This document shows, piece after piece, positions 9,121 to 15,361 of a stretch of DNA of 24,000 nucleotides (its first letter is position 1; the number at the start of each line of letters is the position of its first letter). Location: NCBI RefSeq assembly GCF_027706725.1, contig NZ_JAQFWQ010000012.1, positions 56,934-80,933 on the forward strand, written 5' to 3'. Source of the DNA: Nocardiopsis endophytica (lineage in GTDB: Bacteria > Actinomycetota > Actinomycetes > Streptosporangiales > Streptosporangiaceae). The notes below the pieces were generated by a model. It was not told where the DNA came from, ran no database searches, and saw nothing but the letters and a program-made list of their open reading frames with translations. The position numbers and the translations under genes were made by a program.

Positions 9121-9810
9121 GTGATCCACTTCGATAACGTCACCAAGGTCTACACGACCCAGAAGCGGCCCGCTCTCGACAGCGTGTCCATCGACGTCGA
9201 CAAGGGGGAGTTCGTCTTCCTCGTCGGCCCCTCGGGGTCGGGTAAGTCGACGTTCCTCCGGCTTGTCCTCAAGGAGGAGAAGCCCAGCAAGGGCAGGGTC
9301 CACGTGGCGGGCAAGGACCTGGCGCGCCTGTCCAACTGGAAGGTGCCGCACCTGCGGCGCCGGATCGGCTGCGTGTTCCAGGACTTCCGCCTGCTGCCGA
9401 ACAAGAACGTCTTCGAGAACGTCGCCTTCGCGCTGGAGGTCATCGGCAAGCCGCGGCGGTTCATCCGCAAGGTGGTCCCCGAGGTCGTCGAGCTGGTGGG
9501 CCTGGAAGGCAAGGCCGACCGGATGCCCGAGGAGCTCTCCGGCGGCGAGCAGCAGCGCGTGGCGATCGCGCGCGCGTTCGTCAACCGGCCGCAGATCCTG
9601 CTGGCCGACGAGCCGACCGGGAACATCGACCCGGCCACCTCCATCGGCATCATGAAGGTGCTCGACCGGATCAACCGGACCGGAACGACGGTCGTCATGG
9701 CGACGCACGACGCCGCGATCGTCGACTCGATGCGCAAGCGCGTCATCGAGCTCGAAGAAGGCGTGGTCGTCCGGGACCAGACGCGCGGCGTCTACGGCCA
9801 GGCCTACTGA
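9121..9810 (+). CDS. ftsE: Cell-division ABC transporter ATP-binding protein FtsE
   Basis: 229 aa. Walker [10 protein letters not shown], signature [14 protein letters not shown], Walker [14 protein letters not shown]-loop MATHD. FtsE-type N-terminus [11 protein letters not shown]. Followed immediately by ftsX. Confidence 0.93.
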   Translation: MIHFDNVTKVYTTQKRPALDSVSIDVDKGEFVFLVGPSGSGKSTFLRLVLKEEKPSKGRVHVAGKDLARLSNWKVPHLRRRIGCVFQDFRLLPNKNVFENVAFALEVIGKPRRFIRKVVPEVVELVGLEGKADRMPEELSGGEQQRVAIARAFVNRPQILLADEPTGNIDPATSIGIMKVLDRINRTGTTVVMATHDAAIVDSMRKRVIELEEGVVVRDQTRGVYGQAY

Positions 9811-9871
9811 CGCCCGGCCCCCGACCGACGTCGGCCTTGCCGAAGCCCTCAAGGATGGACCTTTAGCACTC

Positions 9872-10780
9872 ATGCGCGCACAATTCGTACTTTCCGAGAT
9901 GTGGATCGGCCTGCGCCGTAACCTCACGATGACCATCGCCGTCATCGTCACGGTGGCCATCTCCCTCGCCCTGTTCGGCAGCGGCCTGCTGGTCCAGCAG
10001 CAGGTCTCGCACATGCGCCAGTTCTGGGACGAGCGCGTCTCGGTCACGGTCTACATGTGCACCGAGGTCTCCCCCTCGCAGGTCTGCCAGGACAGCGGGC
10101 CGGCCACCAAGGAGGACCGCGAGGCGATCCAGGCGGACCTGGAGGCGCTGCCCGAGGTCAGCAACGTGGAGTACGTGACCGCCGCCGAGGCCTGGCAGGA
10201 GTTCCAGGACCGCTTCTCGGAGAACCAGGCGCTCACCGAGGCCGCGCAGGAGGGCGACATCCCGGACAACTTCCGGGTGCAGCTCGCCGACCCGAACAAC
10301 TTCGAGTCCGTCGTGCAGACGGTGCAGGGGCGTCCGGGCGTCGACTCGGTCCACAACGACCAGCAGGTGCTCGACCAGTTCTTCGAGCTGCTGGACGGCC
10401 TCAAGTGGGCCGCGCTGGTGGTCTCGTTCGTGCAGCTGGCCGCCGCCGCGCTGCTGATCGGCAACACCATCCGGCTGTCGGCCTACAGCCGCCGCCGGGA
10501 GACCGGCATCATGCGCCTGGTGGGTGCCTCCAACTTCTACATCCAGCTCCCGTTCCTGCTGGAGGGGGCGATCTCCGGCCTGATCGGCGGCGTCATCGCC
10601 TCCGGGTTCATCGTGGCCGCGCGCTACCTGCTGCTGGACCGCATCCAGTCGTGGTTCGCCTTCGACGTCTCGCTGGGCGCGGGCGCGCTGGCCTACGTCA
10701 TCGGGCTGTCGATGGTGCTGGGCATCCTGCTGTGCACCGTCTCGTCCTTCCTGACGCTGCGGCGCTACCTGCGGGTGTAG
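9872..10780 (+). CDS. ftsX: Cell-division permease-like protein FtsX
   Basis: 302 aa. MRAQFVLSEMWIGLRRNLTMTIAVIVTVAISLALFG (conserved N-terminus plus TM1), a ~120-aa extracytoplasmic domain, then three C-terminal TM helices. Starts 61 nt after ftsE. Confidence 0.9.
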   Translation: MRAQFVLSEMWIGLRRNLTMTIAVIVTVAISLALFGSGLLVQQQVSHMRQFWDERVSVTVYMCTEVSPSQVCQDSGPATKEDREAIQADLEALPEVSNVEYVTAAEAWQEFQDRFSENQALTEAAQEGDIPDNFRVQLADPNNFESVVQTVQGRPGVDSVHNDQQVLDQFFELLDGLKWAALVVSFVQLAAAALLIGNTIRLSAYSRRRETGIMRLVGASNFYIQLPFLLEGAISGLIGGVIASGFIVAARYLLLDRIQSWFAFDVSLGAGALAYVIGLSMVLGILLCTVSSFLTLRRYLRV

Positions 10781-10831
10781 CCACGAGCCAGGCCCACCCC
10801 ACGGGCCCGACGGAGAAAGAGGAGACGTCCA

Positions 10832-11305
10832 GTGCCCCGCGAGAAGGGCCGCAAGGTCATCGCGCAGAACCGCCGTGCCCGGCACGACTACCACATCGAC
10901 GACACCTACGAGGCGGGGCTGGTGCTGACCGGCACCGAGGTGAAGTCGCTGCGGGCCGGGCGCGCCACGCTCGGCGACGGCTTCGCGCACGTCAAGGACG
11001 GCGAGGTCTGGCTGGAGAACGTGCACATCCCCGAGTACGCGCACGGGACCTGGACCAACCACGCGGCCCGGCGACCGCGTAAGCTTCTGCTGCACCGCGC
11101 CGAGATCTCCCGGCTCATCGGCAAGACGCAGGAGCCGGGCCGCACGCTCGTCCCGCTGTCGCTGTACTTCAGCGAGGGCAAGGCCAAGGTCGAACTGGCC
11201 CTGGCGCGCGGTAAGCGGAGCCACGACAAACGCCAGGACATCGCCGCGCGGGAGGCGCAGCGCGACATCGAGCGCGCCCTGAGCCGCCGCCGCAAGGCGA
11301 GGTGA
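10832..11305 (+). CDS. smpB: SsrA-binding protein SmpB
   Basis: 157 aa. [34 protein letters not shown] and a basic C-terminal tail. SD AAGAGGAG at 10817-10824, 7 nt before GTG 10832. The tmRNA gene is downstream. Confidence 0.93.
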   Translation: MPREKGRKVIAQNRRARHDYHIDDTYEAGLVLTGTEVKSLRAGRATLGDGFAHVKDGEVWLENVHIPEYAHGTWTNHAARRPRKLLLHRAEISRLIGKTQEPGRTLVPLSLYFSEGKAKVELALARGKRSHDKRQDIAAREAQRDIERALSRRRKAR

Positions 11306-11319
11306 AAGGACAAGCCAGG

Positions 11320-13383
11320 GTGTCCCCCCGTCACTTCCGCCGGTACCTCAGCGCAGGCACGGGCCTGGCCGCCGCGGCCGCGCTCGCCGCCTGCGCCCCC
11401 CAGCCCTACCCGGACGTGGCGGTCCGGACCTTCCTGCTCGACTGGCAGGCCGGGGAGTACGAGGCCGCCGCCCGCCAGACCGACGGCGACACCGAGGAGG
11501 TGGCCGCCGCCCTGGAGAGCGCCCACGACCAGCTCGACCTGGCCGGGGTGCGCTTCGGCCTGGGGCCGGTGCACCTGGAGGGCGACGGCGCCACCGCCGA
11601 GTTCGAGGCCCAGGCCGACCTGGGCATCGGCGACCCGGTGTGGAAGTACACCGGGCGCATGGACCTGGTCCGCGGCGGCGACGGCTGGCGGATCTCCTGG
11701 GACCCCTCGGTGATCCACCCCGACCTGGGGGCGGGGGAGCGGCTGGCGGTCAGCTACGACGTGCCCGACCGCGGCCGCGTCTTCGACCGCTCCGGGGAGC
11801 CGCTGGTCGGCGAGGCCGCGGTGACCGCCTTCGGGGTGGTCCCGGCCGAGCTGGACGAGGACGGCTCGGGCATCGGTGAACTGGCGAAGCTGCTGGACGA
11901 GGACCCCGGGCCGATGGTGGACCGGGTGCGCTCGGCCCCGCCCGAGGAGTTCCAGCCGCTGGTGCTGATGCGCACCAAGGACGTGGACAAGGGCGTGCTG
12001 GCCAAGGCGCGCCGGATCGCCGGGGTCGAGACGCGCGACCAGCGCATGCCGCTGAGCCCGCGCGTCGCCCGCTCGGTGGTGGGCGAGGTCGCCGGGACCG
12101 CCGAGCACAACATCTCCTCCCGGGTCGCCAGCACCTACCAGGCGGGCGACACGATCGGCCTGAGCGGCCTGCAGAACGTCTTCCAGCACACCCTGGCCGG
12201 CACCGCCACCACCGAGGTCGTCACCCTGGACGCCGAGGGGCGGGAGACGGGCGTGCTCCAGGAGTGGCCCGGAGCCGCCAGCGGCGCCCTGACCACCACC
12301 CTGGACCTCACCGCCCAGCGGGCCGCGCAGGACGCCCTGGACGTGATGCCGGGCCGTGCGCACCTGGTGGCGGTCGACACCCGCACCGGCGAGGTGCTGG
12401 CGGCGGCGGGCAACCCGAACTCCTTCGACAACGACGGCGCGCTCAGCGCGAAGTACCGGCCGGGCGGCGCGTTCGGCATCGTCTCCGCGGCGGCGGCGGT
12501 GCGCAGCGGCGCGGCCACCGCCGACGGCGCCCTGCCCTGCGAGCAGACCGCGGACGTGGGCGGCGAGACGTTCGGCAACGAGAGCGAGAACGGGGTGTGG
12601 GCCCAGCCCCAGACCCTGGAGAGCGCCTTCGCCAACGGCTGCACGTCGGCGCTGGCCTCGCTGGCCGAGGACGTCGGCGACGAGGAGCTGCGCCGCACCG
12701 CGTCCGACCTCGGGATCGGCGCGGACTGGCGGCTGTCGGTGCCCGCCTACGCCGGGGAGATCTCCGGCGACGGCGGCGCGGCCGCCACGGCGGGGGCGAT
12801 GACCGGCGCCGAGAACGTGACCGTCAGCCCGCTGAACATGGCGCTGGCGGCGGGCGCGGTGGCCGACGGGACGTGGCACGCGCCGCGGCTGGCGGTGGGC
12901 GCCGACGACGACGTGGCGGACGGCTCGGGGAGCGACCGGGAGCTGGACGGCGCGACGGTCAAGGCGCTGCGGCAGCTGATGCGCACCACGGTGGAGCAGG
13001 GCCAGGCGGCGCCGGCCAACCTGGGGACGGTTCCGGTGCACGGGCAGGTGTCCCAGGTGGAGCAGTCCATCGGCGGGGACGCGACGGTCGTGCAGTGGTT
13101 CGTCGGGTACCAGGGGAACGTGGCGTTCGCCGCGGTGGCCGAGGTGGACCCGCAGCAGGTGTGGGACCAGTACGCGCTGGTGGCGGGGAACACGTTCCTG
13201 CAGTCGCTGCCGCAGGGGTACGTGGAGGCCGAGTACGCCGAGCCCGACACGGAGGCCGCCGCGGCCACCGAGGAGAAGGGCTCCGAGGACGCCGGCGGCG
13301 AGGGCTCCGAAGACGCGGAGGGCGGCGAGGGCGCCGAAGACGCGGCGGGGCAGGCCGGAGGCGAGCAGCCCGTCGGCGGCTGA
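11320..13383 (+). CDS. Penicillin-binding-protein-like lipoprotein (NTF2/MecA_N-like head + class-B transpeptidase-like body) lacking the SxxK, SxN and KTG motifs; acidic repeat tail
   Basis: Track ORF 11302..13383. GTG 11302 overlaps the smpB stop as GTGA. GTG 11320 has the better SD (AAGGA at 11306-11310, 9-nt spacer). Signal MSPRHFRRYLSAGTGLAAAAALAAC has a twin-Arg and an LAAC lipobox. PBP-like blocks: RGRVFDRSGEPLV, GLSGLQNVFQHTL, LTTTLDLTAQRAAQDAL, AHLVAVDTRTGEVLAAAGNP, VTVSPLNMALAAGAVADG, WFVGYQGNVAFAAV. Motif positions read PGGAFG, NGCTSA and HGQVSQ. Confidence 0.85.
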   Translation: MSPRHFRRYLSAGTGLAAAAALAACAPQPYPDVAVRTFLLDWQAGEYEAAARQTDGDTEEVAAALESAHDQLDLAGVRFGLGPVHLEGDGATAEFEAQADLGIGDPVWKYTGRMDLVRGGDGWRISWDPSVIHPDLGAGERLAVSYDVPDRGRVFDRSGEPLVGEAAVTAFGVVPAELDEDGSGIGELAKLLDEDPGPMVDRVRSAPPEEFQPLVLMRTKDVDKGVLAKARRIAGVETRDQRMPLSPRVARSVVGEVAGTAEHNISSRVASTYQAGDTIGLSGLQNVFQHTLAGTATTEVVTLDAEGRETGVLQEWPGAASGALTTTLDLTAQRAAQDALDVMPGRAHLVAVDTRTGEVLAAAGNPNSFDNDGALSAKYRPGGAFGIVSAAAAVRSGAATADGALPCEQTADVGGETFGNESENGVWAQPQTLESAFANGCTSALASLAEDVGDEELRRTASDLGIGADWRLSVPAYAGEISGDGGAAATAGAMTGAENVTVSPLNMALAAGAVADGTWHAPRLAVGADDDVADGSGSDRELDGATVKALRQLMRTTVEQGQAAPANLGTVPVHGQVSQVEQSIGGDATVVQWFVGYQGNVAFAAVAEVDPQQVWDQYALVAGNTFLQSLPQGYVEAEYAEPDTEAAAATEEKGSEDAGGEGSEDAEGGEGAEDAAGQAGGEQPVGG
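13279..13350 (+). repeat. Imperfect in-frame tandem repeat (24/27/21 nt) encoding GSEDAGGE-GSEDAEGGE-GAEDAAG in the PBP-like tail
   Basis: Units ggctccgaggacgccggcggcgag / ggctccgaagacgcggagggcggcgag / ggcgccgaagacgcggcgggg, read directly. Confidence 0.7.
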
Positions 13384-13555
13384 CCTGTGAAAATCCCGGC
13401 AAAGTCGGCGAACGGGGCAACCCTGTGCGGTCCGGGCTGCGTCCTTCCTGGTGACTGGGCGACGTAATGGGGGGTTGCGTGAACCAGTCCAAGAGGCAGG
13501 GCCGCATCTCGGGGGTGGCTCTGCCGCAGGAAGGCCGGCCCGACCCTGCCGGCCG

Positions 13556-13604
13556 CCCTCGCGGGCCGCGTTGATGGATCCCGTCCGCGCCCGCGAGGGT
13601 TTCT
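13556..13604 (+). terminator. Terminator-like hairpin (11-bp perfect stem CCCTCGCGGGC / GCCCGCGAGGG, 22-nt loop) followed by TTTCT
   Basis: Inverted repeat read directly. It lies 173 nt after the PBP-like stop and just upstream of the candidate ssrA promoter. Confidence 0.45.
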
Positions 13605-13625
13605 GCGTGCCGGGCGGGAATCGGC

Positions 13626-13655
13626 TTGGCGTCTCATGCGTTGTACCGGTAGCGT
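13626..13655 (+). promoter_or_regulatory. Candidate sigma-70/HrdB-type promoter for ssrA: TTGGCG - 18 nt - TAGCGT
   Basis: -35-like hexamer at 13626-13631 and a TANNNT -10 at 13650-13655. This implies an ~80-nt leader removed by RNase P before the mature 5' end at 13744. Motif match only. Confidence 0.35.
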
Positions 13656-13743
13656 GGGAGCGCAGGGACGCGGCGGACGCCGTCGCGCCCCGGGGGACTC
13701 CGGTCCCCGTGCGCGGGTCCGAGGACCCGTTGAAAATTCCACA

Positions 13744-14116
13744 GGGGGTGATCGGTTTCGACTTCGGTGATCGTCTCAGGGGAAGCGGGCCGAGGGTTGC
13801 GTTTGTGACCTCGTTAATCCTGCATTCGCACTAAATATCAAGTGCCACTTCTAAGCGCACTGAGTTCGCTCTCGCCGCCTAAGCGATAGCGACTCTGTCG
13901 GCCTGGGCCCGTCCTCGGCCCAGTGTCCGGCATCGTTAAGAGGACTCACCGCCGGGATCAGGCCACGGGGCCCCGGCGGGACACCTTCGTGGCTGGGCTC
14001 GTCAGCGAACTGTCCATGGTAGCGCTGGAGCCGAGTAGAACGACAGCATGGACTGCGCCCGGAGAAGCCCTGGTGCGGTGCTGAAGGACGCGGGTTCGAT
14101 TCCCGCCACCTCCACC
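13744..14116 (+). ncRNA. ssrA: tmRNA (SsrA), ~373 nt, tag peptide ATSKRTEFALAA
   Basis: 5' GGGGGUGAUCGGUUUCGAC. The acceptor stem 13744-13750 pairs with CACCUCC at 14107-14113, including the G3:U wobble, with discriminator A at 14114. T-arm is GCGGG-UUCGAUU-CCCGC at 14090-14106. Tag ORF is GCC ACU UCU AAG CGC ACU GAG UUC GCU CUC GCC GCC UAA at 13844-13882, with the canonical ALAA end. The genomic 3' end reads A-CC-C, so the terminal CCA is only partly encoded. smpB lies upstream. Confidence 0.95.
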
Positions 14117-14120
14117 CTTG

Positions 14121-14170
14121 GAGAAGAGCCCCCGGCCGGCGAAGCAATTCGCCGGCCGGGGGCTCTTCTC
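14121..14170. terminator. Perfect 23-bp hairpin with GCAA tetraloop immediately 3' of tmRNA (probable bidirectional terminator)
   Basis: gagaagagcccccggccggcgaa-GCAA-ttcgccggccgggggctcttctc; the arms are exact reverse complements. It starts 5 nt after the tmRNA 3' end and sits between the plus-strand ssrA and the minus-strand small genes. Confidence 0.75.
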
Positions 14171-14391
14171 GTGTTCTGGGCCCCGCGCTCAGCCCGCCTC
14201 GGAAAAGGCCCGGATGCGCTCGGTGATCTCCGCGCTGCGCCGATGCCTCCGAACGCCGCCGATGGTCAGGGCTGATCCCCGCGGTCACGGCCCCGGACCT
14301 CGGCGCCTTCGAGCGTGCGTACTTCGGACCGGACGTCCTGGGGAAGCTCTCGAGAGGGGCCAGGTTTCAGGGGCGGCGACGTCGTTGTCGT

Positions 14392-14748
14392 TCACGCACG
14401 TTTTCTGAGGACGCCGGCGGCACAGGCGGCTTCCGTGCGGATGCGGGAGACCTCGGCGGCGATCTGCCGCGCCTCTTCCAGGGTCCCGGAGGCGGGGTTC
14501 GCGCGTCGCTCACTCAAGCGGCGCATCTGCTCGCGCCATTCGGCCCGCTTCACGATCTCCATCTCCACGGCCCAGCCCTCCACGAAGGCGCGGAGAGGCT
14601 CGGGATCCGTGTGGGCTCGGGACTTGGCCTCCGCTTGGGAACGCCCCTCGTCGAACTGCGCGAGACGGTCGGGTGCGAACTGCTCGAGCTGAGCGCGGAG
14701 GGTTCGCGGGTCGAACACGGGACGCGTGCTCGTGGTCCGCGTTGCCAT
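14392..14748 (-). CDS. Small hypothetical protein (118 aa), helical; vaguely resembles actinobacterial DUF6247-type small proteins (from memory, unverified)
   Basis: ATG at 14748 is preceded by GGGAGG with an 8-nt spacer; the track ORF extends to a TTG at 14778. Product: MATRTTSTRPVFDPRTLRAQLEQFAPDRLAQFDEGRSQAEAKS...LRAFVEGWAVEMEIVKRAEWREQMRRL... By hand count, 20 of 118 codons end in A/T, versus 3 of 103 in the neighbouring gene. Confidence 0.65.
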   Translation of the reverse strand: MATRTTSTRPVFDPRTLRAQLEQFAPDRLAQFDEGRSQAEAKSRAHTDPEPLRAFVEGWAVEMEIVKRAEWREQMRRLSERRANPASGTLEEARQIAAEVSRIRTEAACAAGVLRKRA

Positions 14749-14852
14749 GGGCGGCCTCCCTGGTCGGCGCGCACTCAAGCTACCCGGTACGGGGCCCGGA
14801 GTTCATCAATGTGCCCGATCCCGGGAAGGCGCGTCCCCGGCGACGCGGCGGA

Positions 14853-14872
14853 CGCCCGGCGGGTACCGGGCG
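14853..14872 (-). terminator. Weak hairpin (CGCCCGG / CCGGGCG, 6-nt loop) just downstream of the 103-aa gene
   Basis: 7-bp inverted repeat read directly, 20 nt beyond the stop at 14892 on the minus strand. No T-tract. Confidence 0.2.
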
Positions 14873-14891
14873 AACACCGCGTGCGGCCCGG

Positions 14892-15203
14892 TCATCTGTC
14901 CGTGGCGCCCACCAGCCAGGCGACCTTCCGGGCGGTCAGCGGGATGCTCTCGCTGGTGCCCAGGTGGACGCCGAACGAGGCGAGGAAGGCGTGGCCGTGC
15001 TCGCGGCGCTCGCACCCCACGTCCTCGACCGCGTACTCGGACTCGGGGTTGCTCACCCGCAGCACCGGGGGCTCCCGGCGGATCACCCGCGTGCCCACGC
15101 CGTACTTGGCGAGGGCCTCGGCCAGGCGCGAGAGCTGCTCGCTCTCGGCCGTCTCGGCGGGCGGCGGCGCCGTACGGGAACGCGCGTTCTTCTTCTTGGC
15201 CAT
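14892..15203 (-). CDS. Small hypothetical protein (103 aa), basic N-terminus (MAKKKNARSR)
   Basis: ATG at 15203 is preceded by a strong SD, GAGGAGG (5-nt spacer). GC3 is near saturation (3 of 103 codons end in A/T, by hand count). Product: ...LAKYGVGTRVIRREPPVLRVSNPESEYAVEDVGCERREHGHAFLASFGVHLGTSESIPLTARKVAWLVGATDR. No family recognised. Confidence 0.75.
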   Translation of the reverse strand: MAKKKNARSRTAPPPAETAESEQLSRLAEALAKYGVGTRVIRREPPVLRVSNPESEYAVEDVGCERREHGHAFLASFGVHLGTSESIPLTARKVAWLVGATDR

Positions 15204-15361
15204 GGCGCCTCCTCACGGTCGGAATGCCTTGACTCCACTGCCATTGTCACCCTGGGTAGCGTTACTGAACCGTAGCCACGGGTGCGACACGCCGGACCGG
15301 TCGTGGCGGGCGGCCCCACCCGGGGAGATGGTGGCGGTGGAGACCCAGGGGGAGGGGCACC

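Noticed and set aside
13613-13623. An 11-nt inverted copy (ggcgggaatcg) of the tmRNA T-loop segment cgattcccgcc (14097-14107), considered as an att-site remnant
   Set aside because: It is short, in inverted orientation, GC-rich, and located upstream of the gene rather than at a distal island border. A chance match is plausible.
13451-14288. ORFs 13451..13834 (+), 13851..14288 (-), 14048..14275 (+) and 14118..14408 (+)
   Set aside because: They run through the tmRNA gene and its terminator hairpin. The RNA gene explains the sequence, and the translations are Arg/Gly/Pro-rich.
14749-14778. TTG start at 14778 for the 118-aa gene (128-aa version in the track)
   Set aside because: The ATG at 14748 has a GGGAGG SD at ideal spacing. 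The upstream TTG has none, and the extension would overlap that SD.
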